Part shown: positions 49,499-64,000 of the stretch, piece by piece
Numbering within the stretch: position 1 is the first letter of the stretch
Layout of the letters: every line of letters begins with the position of its first letter
Assembly (NCBI RefSeq): GCF_009914755.1
Contig: NC_060940.1
Direction: 5' to 3' (one strand)
Length of the DNA: 64,000 nt
Origin: the human T2T-CHM13v2.0 reference genome, Homo sapiens
Notes under the pieces: generated by a model
Database searches by the model: none
What the model was told of the DNA's origin: nothing
The model's input: the letters and a program-made list of their open reading frames with translations, nothing else
Made by a program: the position numbers and the translations under genes

Positions 49499-49908
49499 GG
49501 GTGCAGTCAGTAGAGGTTCTTGGTGGGAACTTCTAAATCTCAGGGCCAAGGATAGAGGCCCCTGCCTGCCCATAGTAAGGGCTTTTACAGTCAACCAGGG
49601 AGATAGGATGAGGCCCCGAGCTGAGGCAGGAGGAGCCCCTGTGAAGGAGGGAACAGAAATGGCAGATAATAGAATGCATAGGACTTGGAGACAGGGTGGA
49701 CGTAGCTGCCAACCTGAGCTCCATGTGTGCATTTCAGCCTGAGCCTGGTTCCCTGAAACCTTGCCAGGCGGGCAGGTGAGGTGGGTGCAGCCACCTGCAC
49801 CCCTGGTGAAAAGCCACCCAAATGACCGTACTGCTCGGCCTCTCCTCTGCCCTCCTCCGCCTGCTCTTCCCAACTCCCAGCCCAAGGCATCTGGCTGGGC
49901 CGTGTGCA
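49499..49908. promoter_or_regulatory. MT4: MT4 proximal promoter with five MRE core motifs (TGCRCNC)
   Basis: Cores at 49499-49505(-), 49725-49731(-), 49783-49789(-), 49796-49802(+), 49902-49908(-). Confidence 0.6.
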
Positions 49909-49962
49909 GGGCGTCTGGCCCCAGGGAGAGGTGGGGTGAGCTGCAGACTACACCCACATGGC

Positions 49963-49969
49963 TATAAAT
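49963..49969 (+). promoter_or_regulatory. MT4: TATA box of MT4
   Basis: TATAAAT 85 bp before the ATG and about 30 bp before an Inr-like cactcag. Confidence 0.88.
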
Positions 49970-50047
49970 GGGGAGCCTCTGGCTGCTGCTCACTCAGCCT
50001 CCCTTCCCCAGCCGTGACAGCACTGGAGCCTTTCGGACACCTGGACC

Positions 50048-50078
50048 ATGGACCCCAGGGAATGTGTCTGCATGTCTG
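50048..50078 (+). CDS. MT4: Metallothionein-4 exon 1 (MDPRECVCMS-G)
   Basis: Kozak accATGg; phase-1 donor G|GTGAGT at 50079. Confidence 0.97.
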
Positions 50079-51424
50079 GTGAGTAAAGAAGCCCTCCCTG
50101 GGGTCTGGGAACCTTGGACCAGCTTCCTACAGGGAGCCTGCAGGTCCCTGATGAAAACTTCTCTTCCCTCTAATTAGGAGCCACCAATGGGGTTCGTCCT
50201 GGGAGCCGACAGGTGGACTGGCCACCTCTGGGGCAGCTCCCACTCTCTGTTGGCTCCCAGCCTGATTTTCTAGAATCGATATCCTAGCTCAGGGAATGGC
50301 TGAGAGGGGGACTTGCAAACTTTGGTCTTTCTAGCGTTGGCCCCTAAGGGCAGTCACCAGGGTGAGGAGAAGAGCTCTAAACCAGAATCTGGCAACCTGG
50401 TTTGGGTCCATTGCTGCGGTCCCCTCCCTGGCGCTTATTCTTTCTGGTCCTCAGTTTCCTCACCTGTAGACTGAGGTTCCTTATTCCCAGCCAACCACAT
50501 CCCAGAGCTGCTATGAAAGTGCTAAAACCATTAAGCACCTGCAGATGTCAGGGGAGTTGTGGACTCCCCTAACTTATGTGGACTCTTGAGTCTCTGAAAC
50601 TGCTTAATTCCACGGAGCATGTTAGCCAGAAGGAGAGAAATCAGGGTTCAAAGCCATCCTGGGCTTTTACAATCATGGAAATGGTATGAAGAAGTCTCAC
50701 AAGTCTGGGTGGTGTGGCTCACAACTGTAGTCCCAGCACTTTGAGGCTGAGGCAGGAGAATCACTTGAGGCCAGGAGTTCAATACCAGCCTGGGCAACAT
50801 AGCAAGACTCCATGTCTACAAATTTTTTTTAAACTTAGCTGGGCGTAGTAGGGTGCACCTTAGTCCCAGCTACTCAGGACGCTGAGAAGGGAGGATCACT
50901 TGAGCCCAGGAGTTCGAGGCTGCAGCAAACTAGGAATGCACCACTGCACTCCAGCCTAGGTAATAGAGCAAGACCCTTTCTCAAAAAAAAAGAAGAAAAG
51001 AAAAAGAAAGAAAGAAAATGAAGTCTCACAAGACTCCCTTGTCCTTAACAGGATGTCTCTGTACCAAAAACTTGCAAAAGAGGCAGAAGCTTCCAGCATT
51101 TTGAAACTCAAAATGAAAAATGGGATAATTTTTTTAAGTGTAGATGATCATTATGATATAAAAACAAGGTGCTGGCTCCCATCTGTAATCCTGGCACTTG
51201 GGGAGTCCAAGGCAGGATGATCACTTATGCCCAAGGAATTTGAGACCAGCCTGGGCAATATAACAAGGCCCTGTTTCTACAAAAACTTTAAACAATTAGC
51301 CAGGTGTGGTGGTGCGTGCCTGTGGTCCCAGCTACTCAGGAAGCTGAGGCAAGAGCTTGAGGCTACAGTGAGCTGTGTTCCCACCATGGTGCTCCAGCCT
51401 GGGTGACAGGGCAAGACCCTGTCA

Positions 51425-51734
51425 AAAGAAAGGAAGAAAGAACGGAAGGAAAGAAGGAAAGAAGGAAAGAAACAAGGAGAGAGAAAGGGAGAAAGGGAGA
51501 AAGGAAGAGAGAGAGAGAGAAAGAGAGAAAGAGAAAGGGAGAAAGGGGGAGAGAGAGAGAGAAAGAGAAAAGAGAGAGAAAGACAGGGAGAAAGAGAAAA
51601 AGAAAAGAAAGAAAGAAAGAGAAAGAAAGAAAGAAAGAAAGAAAGAAGGAAGGAAGGAAGGAAGGAAGGAAGGAAGGAAAGAAAGAAAGAAAGAAAGAAA
51701 GAAAGAAGGAAGGAAGGAAGGAAGGAAGGAAGGA

Positions 51735-51794
<60 letters not shown>

Positions 51795-51840
51795 AATGAG
51801 GGAGAGAGGAAGGAAGGAAGAAAGGAAAGGAAGAAACAAA
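51425..51840 (+). repeat. Compound polypurine microsatellite (GA)n/(GAAA)n/(GAAG)n, MT4 intron 1
   Basis: About 415 bp of nearly pure A/G extending from an Alu tail. Confidence 0.95.
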
Positions 51841-51884
51841 CAAAACAAGGTGTGGCTCTGTGGCTCTTGTTTTGAGTTCACTGA

Positions 51885-52256
<372 letters not shown>

Positions 52257-52688
52257 TAGCCAAGAGGGTGTGAAAGGCTTTGATAGTTCTTAGAGGAACC
52301 TTGGGCTTGGAAACGCTGGCCTCGTCTGTTGGTTCTCATTGTACATAAGAATTATTTGGGTTGCTTTTCAAAAATATGGACTCCATTTCCCCACCAAGAC
52401 TTATGAATCAGAACATCTCAAGGGTTGGTCCCAGGAATCTGCATTTTCACAGTTATCCCAGGCATGATTGATGCAGCCATGCCAGTTCCCATCCATGGCC
52501 TGTGACTGTGGACTATTGCAGAGTCCTTGACACTGGGTCGATGCTCAGCAGCCTTGTCACCCTCTTGTCCAGCCAGTCCCCAAGGATATAGCCCAGGAGC
52601 CTTGCCACTCTGACAGTCGGCATCATGCCTTATGTTCCCCACTCCATCTCCATCCTCACGTTTGTGGTGGCTCTGTCCTGTCTTCTAG

Positions 52689-52754
52689 GAGGAATCTGCA
52701 TGTGTGGAGACAACTGCAAATGCACAACCTGCAACTGTAAAACATGTCGGAAGA
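52689..52754 (+). CDS. MT4: Metallothionein-4 exon 2 ([23 protein letters not shown])
   Basis: Acceptor ctgtcttctag, 66 nt, donor A|GTGAGT; CxC motifs. Confidence 0.98.
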
Positions 52755-52889
52755 GTGAGTATGGTGACTGGGGGCACCATGGGCTGGGAGTTAGAAAAGT
52801 CCAATCCAGGCCAGGTGCAGTGGCTCACGTCTGTAATCCCAGCACTTTGGGAGGCCGAGGCGGGTGGATTACCTGAGGTCAGGAGTTCA

Positions 52890-53087
<198 letters not shown>

Positions 53088-53089
53088 TC

Positions 53090-53277
<188 letters not shown>

Positions 53278-53657
53278 CCCATCCCCACCCTCAATCCTCC
53301 AGCCATGGTGGATTGGGGCTTGTGGGGAGGGGGTCTAGATGCCTTTTACCCATCTGGGAGAGATCTGAAATGAGAACTATGTAGAGACCTATGGCAGGTC
53401 TCTACCCAGGGATAAGGGCATCCACAGTGTTTGGAGCAGGAAGAGGACTGAGGGGAAGTTCTGTCCTGCCCAGTGGTAACAGGGATAGAGCACTGGCCTG
53501 GAGTCATGAGCCCTAGGTTCTAGTCTTGCTTTTGCCACTGTCTCATGACCTTGGCAAACCCCCTCCCTTCTGTGGGCTTCTGATGGACTCTAGATGGTCC
53601 CTGGGATCCCTTCCAGTTCTAACATGCCTCAACCTCCTATCTCAGCATTTTTGCTAA

Positions 53658-53870
<213 letters not shown>

Positions 53871-54028
53871 AAGCCATCCATCGTGCCCACCCCTTCCAAG
53901 GAGAGAAACCTGGGAAGTGTCTGTACAGTGCATGAATCGAGAAGGTGGAATAATTGTACAATAGGTTGTGCTTTTTATATATTTGCCCAAATGTGGTGTT
54001 GGTCACATTCATGTAAAGTACTTGGGGC

Positions 54029-54034
54029 AATAAA
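54029..54034 (+). terminator. MT4: MT4 polyadenylation signal AATAAA
   Basis: About 160 nt after the stop codon, followed by a GT-rich element; TGTA motifs upstream. Confidence 0.85.
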
Positions 54035-56644
54035 GTTTTCACTCTTGGTTGCCTGGTGGCTCAGAGCATTGTTTTACCCTAACCCAGCAGGACCAAAAGG
54101 TGCTGCTTCTGTTGCAGATCCTGTAACCACCACCCACATGTACCTGTGACAGGTGGCTGCCTACTGCAAGGTCCTATGACTCTGCCTGGGGGCTTTCTCC
54201 TCCTGCACAAGCTTGCTTGACCCATGCACAGGGCAGGCCAGGAGTACGGAGGAGCTAAAGTCACTGGGAACAGCCCTTAGCCAATGACAACTGTAGGTCG
54301 GTGGGTAAATATCCCAGCATCTTTACCCCTCAAAAGGAACAACTCTGAGACTCATTCTATGCTGTCTCCCAGAAGTCTCTAGAAGCACTGAGCTTCAAAA
54401 GCTCACAGCAGTAACCTGCTCATTAATGTAACCTACGGTGGCCTCCTTCCTTGCCTCACCTCCCCAGTTCCCCACCATTGCTTTCTGGGATCTCCACCCA
54501 AAGAAACTACTTGTACAGGGTCCGCTTTCTGGGTAACCTAATCTTGGCCAGGCTCTCCTGGCATAGCCCAGAATGCCTCATTGTGCAAATGTGGCTGTTT
54601 AATGGGCTTGAGCATGGAATCAGTCATGAACGGAGGCTGTGTGTATCTAAAGGAAATCTCCAAGTTCAAGACATTGAGGGCATTAGCTGCCCTGGTTTGG
54701 TTATTTGGATCAGTCTTTAGGACTGGATGACCTGGAAGGCATGAACCAGGAAGAAGATGGTGGTGGAGGTGCAGAAACAGCATCCTAAGCAGACCCCCTA
54801 GGAGATGACTTTTTGGCTAAACAGCTGAGAAAGCTGAAGTCCCTGGAGGTTGGCACTGGGGACTGGGGGTGATCCCCAGCTCTCACCCACACCACCATCC
54901 TCAACACAGCTGAAGACAAACCCAAGCTCTGAGATCATTTTCATTCATGCCATCAAGGGCCTGAACTAGGGCCCATCAGAGACCAGAGCGGCCTCCTCCT
55001 CCACCAGCCTCTGTCAAGCAACCATCAGATACAGGAGTGGGTGAGAATAGAGCCTTTGCCAAGGTCACAGAGCAGCCCCAGGTTGGGCTGGGCTCAGCTA
55101 GCAGGATTTACTGCATGCTTCCTGGAACTGATCACTTTCATAATCCACACTGTCATTATCCCTGTTTGGAACTTAGCTGGGGCTTCCCTAGGAAGATTTT
55201 CACCCTCTGTCCATGAGTTGTGCCTTAGACACAGAATCATAGTGCAGTGGAAACAGCTTGGCCCTGGGAGTCAGACACTCTACCCCTCCCTGGCAACATG
55301 ACCTTGACCAAGTCATTTAACCTTTTGAGGCTCAGTTTCCTAATCTGTGAAATGCGTCTCCTTCACAGAGTTGTAGAGAGAAACTGTAGCACAGAATCTG
55401 TGCACATAGCAGTGCCCCATTAACATAGATTTTAGCAGAGCTACAGCCTGTCCTAGCCTTCTGTTTATTGATCTCTGAAAAGGCCCCTACCAAGCCATTC
55501 TCTGTCATTGCAGAGCTCTTAAGCACCTTGAGAAGGACACAACGCAAGGGATTATACCTTCCAGCGGACAGAACAGTCCCTTGTGCCTCCAGCAAGCAGG
55601 TTGGACACTCACCCTGCAACCTCGGCCTCGGTACCCACTGGGATGCCAACTCATCTCATCCAAATGCCTTTAGAGTTGGTACTTCTGCACGATCTCACTT
55701 ACTCCCATCACAACCTTGAAAAGGAGATTCAGCCTTCAGATTCTTATATTAATAATAATAATATTAACAACTAATAGTTATTGAGCACTTAATATGGATT
55801 CAACACCTAATAAGTGCCAAGCATTGTCCTAAGCAGTTTATAAACATCATTTCATGGACTCTGCACTATCAGGACCACTTCAGAGCCAGACAACCAGGGC
55901 CCTGCTCTGGGCCCTCTGCCTTAGAGGACCTGGTCTTCCTGTCCCCACAGGAGAGGAGTCCGAGGGTCCCACGAGATCTGTCCAACTAGAACTCATGCTC
56001 ATTCCTCCCCCAAGTCCCCCATCTAGCACCATCTAGACAATGCTTTGGGTACCTGGGACCCCAAAGGCTAGTTCTAGGGTCTGCGTAGGCCCCCTCTCCC
56101 AGCAGTCTGTCCTTCCCTAAGGTGCACCATGTCATCAGTCTGTACACTCCTGGGCCCGAACGATGGCCAAGGGTAGAGGTATTCAGAGACGGGAGGATGT
56201 GTGAATAGAGATTGGACACATGAGTTTTTATGTCTACATAGAGTGGAGAAGTCAGTGTGGGAAGAGCAGGGGGTGAAGTGCACCTAGGCCTCCATTCTTG
56301 CTTTTGCCCCAGGCTCTGCAAGTGTTAGGGGCAGGCCTGCACTAACAACCCTAGAAGACAATCCTGTTACATAATAGGATCCTGTTAGATCCCCCACTTT
56401 GCAGATGGAGATGCTGAGGCTCCAGGAAAGTCAATGGCTGAAAGTCACAAGACTTCCAGGGGGCAGAACTGGGAACTGAGCTCAGGTCTGCCTGACCCAG
56501 AGCCCATGCTCTTGTCTATGCGATATGGATGAGGCAGAGAGGAGGCTGCAGGCAATGCTGCCCCAGACCCAGGGGCGAAGAGTCTTTGCCTGGGGCCTTG
56601 TACTTTAGAGAGCACACACACCACAAGCACACAAATGTGTTAAG

Positions 56645-56948
56645 GCAGCGGCCCCCGACCTTTTTGGCACCAGGGACCAGTTTCGGTGGAAGACAACTTT
56701 TCCACGGACAGTGCAGTGGGGCAGCGCGAGATGGTTTTCGGATGAAACTGTAGTTAGATTCTGATAAGTAGCTCAAACCTAGATTCCTCGCACGTGCAGT
56801 TCACAATAAGGTTCTCATTCCAATGGAATTCCAATGCCACTTCTGATCTGACAGGAGGCAGAGCTCAGACGGTAACATTCACTTGCCCCGCGGCCTGGTT
56901 CCTAACAGGTCACAGAGCAGTACTGCAGTCAGGGATTTGGGGAAGCCC
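56645..56948. mobile_element. MER1-like hAT-Charlie DNA transposon
   Basis: cagcggcccccgacctttttggcaccagggaccagtttc terminal motif. Confidence 0.75.
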
Positions 56949-57504
56949 ATATTAAATAATACTTGGGGCCCCTGTCACTCAGGATCTTGTATTTGCCGTT
57001 ACAGTGTGATCAAGTAATCCTAAACATCTTCTCTGGTTACTAACACTGTTCAGGCCCTGGGGAAACACTTCTCCATCTCTTGCTCTGTGTCCTCAAAACA
57101 AAGAGTGACGATATTTGAATGGCAGGATGGTTTTATAGATTGTCCCAATGCTGATGTCAGAGATAGACACAGTCTTCAAAGTACAGGGAGGATTTAAGTG
57201 TAGAAATTAGAAAAAAGACAAATTAACAAACTCATCAAATCCTCCTCAAAAAGCATGAACGCAACAGACTCTCATGTCACACCATCATTTCCCATGAGTG
57301 TGACTTGTCCATTTTCTTGCTTTTCTTTGTGTTCCAATTTGTGTTTCCAGAATATTTATGATTTTATGCTAATTGCAGAAGCTGCACAAGGCAACTGAGG
57401 AATGTTTTGTAATATTAAGCAATTCATATTATTCATATAAATTCATATTACTCTTAAATTGGTGTAGATAGAGCTATAGCTACAGATAAATATACAGATA
57501 TACA

Positions 57505-58185
<681 letters not shown>

Positions 58186-58330
58186 TACATAAATATGTGA
58201 GCTATACCTTTCTATATGTAGATAGAATTTTTAAATATTTCAACTGGATGAACATCAAGTTCTAGAACAATGAATCATTTTATTTTAATAAAAATATTTA
58301 ATAAAATTTCATTAAATCCTTAAGAAATTA

Positions 58331-58849
<519 letters not shown>

Positions 58850-60402
58850 TTAAGCACGTGCATCTCTGGGATGACCACTTCGGCTGCCTCATAACAGTAG
58901 AAAAATAAACCCCTATTTAGGGTTTCAGCCACTGTTCAGCTAAAAGCAATCTGATATATTGTACAAACATGAGTAAGTCTTCCATGCTCTGTCTCTTAAG
59001 TTGTTATGAAATTTGGAATAAAATAAAATTTGAAATAAAATGTCAAATAAAATTTTAAAGCCAGATGTGGTGGCTCATGCCTGTAATCTCAGCACTTTGG
59101 GAGGCTAAGGCAAGAGGATCGCTTGAGCCTAGGAGTTTGAGGCTGTAGCAAGCTATGATCATGCCACTGCACTCCAGCCTGACGCAGTAAGAGCCTGTCT
59201 CTAAAAAATAATAATAAAAAAATTAATAAATCATTTTTACAATATTATGATTATGTAAGTACTGTTTACTGGAGAGCCAAGGATAAATGGATCCACAAAG
59301 AAGAATATGTAACTCAATAAACGTGGGCCGCTTAGAGAAAGAAGTTAAGGTCTTTCAGAATTTGTCTAGCAGATTTTCTGCTTCTCACCAGAAAACCCAT
59401 AAAAAAATAGAAATAAAAGAAAGAAGAATATTCTCTTCTGAGACTTGCTCAGAATCAGGTCACATTTTAGTTTGCTTACAATTTGGACTATTATTTCCTT
59501 ACGGGACTTTTATGTTTTTCCTGGCATTTCAACTGTCTTTTTTCCCCCTTGTATAGGCACATGGGCAGATATGTCTTTTTTACTCTATCATTAAGATAAT
59601 TCCATTTTTAATCACGCTATTTGTTGAGTGATCTAATATTCACTGACTTGTTTCCAGATCTGCTATACAACTGTCATTCTGAGATGTATTTTCATTGCTC
59701 TCCTAGTTTAGAACCATTGCTTCTTGGATTCCCCTATCATGCTCTATTTTGGACTCCTTTTCATTTTGCTGGAGTACATCCTCAAGCAATTTTTTACCAA
59801 AAGGATGAATTAGGAGAAACTTCAGAGTCCCTAAATGTCAGAAAATATCTTTATTTTTCTCTCATGCCTTACTGACAGTTTGATTGGATATCAGTTTAAG
59901 TTCAATATCATTTTCTCTTAGCACTTTTGAAGGCATTGCTCCATGTCTTCTGAGAGTCAGTGTTGCTGTTGTGAACACCAACATTACCCGCCTTTTATTT
60001 CTCACTGGAAGCTTTTGGGTGTTTAACTTATCATTGGCACTCTAGGATATGTAGTATGGGTCCAAATTTGAATGTTCTTTTTTTCATTCAACCTGCTCTG
60101 TGTTTGCTAGGCCTTTTCATTCTGAAGACTGACTTTTTCCCCCTAAAGTCTTGGAAAACGATTATTTCTTTAGTAATTTTCACCCCTCCATTCCATTTTC
60201 TCTTCCAAAACTCCTATCAGTGGTTACTGGTTTTCCTGGATCAATCCTCTATGTCTCAAAATATTTTCCTTTAGTATGCATCTATTTCTGTCTTTCTGTG
60301 TGTATGTGTCTCTCTCTCTTTCACCTCTTTAAGTGGGACATTAGAAAAGTACTTTTTGTAGTACTTTCACTGATGTTTAAAAATTTTGTCAACTATACTT
60401 AA

Positions 60403-60660
<258 letters not shown>

Positions 60661-62479
60661 TAGTAAAGACGGGGTTTCTCCATGTTGGTCAGGCTGGTCT
60701 CGAACTCCCGACCTCAGATGATCCACCCGCCTCTGCCTCCCAAAGTGTTGGGATTACAAGCCTGAGCCACCGCACCCAGCCTGGAGTTATTTCTTGAATC
60801 ACTCTGATGAGTTAAACGGTTTTAATTTCTTATTGTTTTCTCTTTTTTTGGAGGTCCAAACAAATATTTATTAAATTCCTATTATAAGCCAGATTTTATA
60901 CTCTGACCTAGGGATAATATATTGTTAAGTTTTCCTTGAATTATTTCTGCTTCTTTGAGCTGAAAGCAGACTCTGTGGGTGAGTGGAGTTTGCTGACTGG
61001 CAAGCTTGGTTTTAGCATGCCCAGGTGGGGAGATGGTAGCCAAGTTTGGCCACCCCTTGGGGTCAAAACAAGAAGGGTCATCTTCTGTGGAGTTGACCCA
61101 CCTCTGGAAGCCCTGGCTCCTCCTAGGCTGGTTATTCGATTTCTTCAGAGAAAATCTTGCAGTCTCAGACCGGGGGAAAATGGTGGGGCTGCCCAAACTA
61201 GGGTACAGGAGGTAAGTGTGACAAACACATGTCAGTTCTACAGCCAGACCTTCCATTAGCTGCCATCTTGGTTTTTACTCCTCCTTCCTCTTCTGCTTTC
61301 TTAGCCTCACCTCACCCCACCAAAATAAAACAAAGCACCCCAAAATCTCCTATAGACTTCCGCACTTCTTGATTTGAGCTGTGGCTTTCTCTACTCCCAT
61401 TTACCCATAAATGTGATTTAACTCATTCCAGTATTCCAGAAATGGTAAAATCTCTGATCTCTTGATGTACTGTCCAAGCCATCTCCCCCAACACAGCTCT
61501 TTTATTGGTTTTTCTTTTTTCCTCTTTATCCTTCCTTACTTTCTTTCAGTGTATACTCAGGAGGAGGAGAGGAAAATCCATGTGCTCGGCCTCTCATCTT
61601 TAGCCAAAAATCTGAGCCAGACTTTTCATTGGTAGGATTTTGAATCTTTACAATAACTCTGCAGGATAGAGATTATTGTCCATTCCACAGGTGAGGAAAA
61701 CTGAGACTCAAGGAAGTGAGAGACCTTGTCCCAAGCTCAAGCAGAACTAGCTGGTAGAGAAGCTTGAAGGCCATGAGGGAAGGTGAGATGGAGGGGAAGA
61801 AAGGCCACAGGGATAAGTGAGCAGAGCGGCTACGTGTGGCCCTGAGGGATAACACTTGAGCATTAAGAGGAAACACCAAGGAAACAGATTTTAGGTCAAG
61901 AAAAAGAAGAGCTCTCTCATGTCAGAGCAGCCTAGAGCAGGAAAGTGCTGTGTCAGGAGGCTGACACGTCATGGCTTGTGTTCCTGTACTGCCTAAGGCA
62001 CAATGGCAACCTCAGAAAGGCTGTGACCCACTCTGCACCTGCTCAGGCCATACCTGGACTGGGGTGGAGGCCAGAAGAGGGTGTGGTGAGGAGGGAGGAG
62101 GAGCCCAGATCACAGGACAGGAAGGCAAAGTCCTCAGGTGGGCTGTAGGGGGCGCTCCAGGCCCAGAGACGGGGCAGCAGGAATCATCTGCGTTTTGAGG
62201 GCGGATGTTCTCACTTCACTCTGGCTGCTGTTGGGGCCCAAGAGAGCCTAGAAAAGTCCTGGGACCTTCAGACATGGCTGCTGGGAGGACAAATCAGGAC
62301 AAGCTCTCCAAGGGCTCACCAGGCCATAACAACGTGCAAATCACCCAGATTCACAAGGCATGGGCTTTTAAAATAATTTGGCAATATGAGCACATCAAAG
62401 AACCATAAAAACATTCTTCTTGCTTGACCCCGTCGTTTTACTTCTAGAAACCTATTCTAAGGAGTTCACCACAAATTCA

Positions 62480-62827
<348 letters not shown>

Positions 62828-64000
62828 TCAGGCAGGAGGATCACTCGAGCCCAGGAAGTCAGGAAGTCAGGGCTGCTGTGAATGTTTGCACCACTGCACT
62901 CCAGCATGGGCGACAAAGTGAGACTCTGTCTGAAAAAAGAGAAAGACAACCTTACTCACAAAAAGATTCATTGCAGTACTATTTACATTTGTGAAAAACT
63001 GGAAACAACCTAAAGTCCAAGTCCATGAAAACGTTCAAGTAAGCTAAGACTATAAAAAAAACAAAAACAGGCCGGGTGCTATGGCTCATGCCTGTAATCC
63101 TAGCACTTTCAGAGGCCGAAGCGGGCAGATCACTTAAGGTCAGGAGTTCGAGATCCACCTGGCCAACATGGTGAAACACCTGTTTCTACCAAAAAATACC
63201 AAAAAAAAGTAGCCAGGAGTGGTGGTGCACACCTGCTACTCGGGGATGCTGAGGTGGGAGAATCGCTTGAACCCTGGGACAGAGGTTGCAGTGAGCCGAG
63301 ATCGTGCCACTGCACTCCAGCCTGGGCGACAGAGTGAGACCTTGTCTCAAAAAAAAAAAAACAAAAACACAGAAAATGGTTATAGCAAAACCTAAACAGA
63401 TAATAGGCCATAAATTAGTTATGCAGTAGTTTTTCAAAAAGAAGCCACATAGAATACAAAATATACTATCCTAAATGTCAACAGGGATTGTGTTCAGATC
63501 ACAGTAAAAGATAATTTTTACTTTTCCTTCTTTCTGTGTTTTAGAATTCCCCAAAATTTTCTGAAGTAGCATGTTTTAAAATAAATAAATACATTCTGAA
63601 AAGGAAAAAAAATAGTGTGTATTCTTTGAGCCAGAAATTTTACTTTAAGAAATGTTGTATGGAAAGGAAAAAAACAACCATGAATATACACATACAAATG
63701 CTCCCAAGATGTTTATCATGGCATGGATTATAATAGTGAAGATTTGGAAACAATCAAAATGTCTCAAAGTAGGGTACTGGGTAAGTCAATTATGGAATAA
63801 ATCTATTAAAATAAAATTATAGAAGTGAAATTCATGTCATGGATGTTCATAATCTACTGATAAGCAAGAAATAAAGTCATTTATAAATCAGCGTGTACTG
63901 TGGGCTTCTAATTTTATATTTAAAGGGGTTATATATGTACTTTTCATTTTTTCCAGAATTTTCTACAATCAACAAAGAAGGAGGAGGAGTTGAGGAGAAG

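Overview
Human-type (Alu-dense, primate) genomic DNA, recognisable as the BBS2-MT4 interval at the start of the metallothionein cluster (chr16q13). At the left is the CpG-island promoter and first coding exon of BBS2 (minus strand, 4820-4936); positions 1-4819 are intron 1 and I did not find exon 2 in the window. At the right is the complete three-exon metallothionein-4 gene (plus strand, CDS 50048-53870, 62 aa, 20 Cys, C30/R31 allele) with TATA box, metal-response-element cores and polyA signal. Most other ORFs in the track come from Alus or microsatellites. The most unusual signal is a chain of about 11 unique-sequence, splice-site-bounded, mostly open blocks between 8.5 and 43.4 kb. All lie on the minus strand, several junctions are phase-compatible, and they carry scattered stops and one Alu insertion. 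This suggests a decayed multi-exon protein-coding gene (unitary pseudogene) upstream of BBS2, which is an inference needing cross-species alignment. Other items: a perfect RFX X-box in BBS2 intron 1, a 31-bp promoter tandem repeat, a 19-bp E-box-rich minisatellite, a 36-bp-arm hairpin and a very young AluY. Repeat boundaries are approximate and repeat family names come from recalled consensus sequences.
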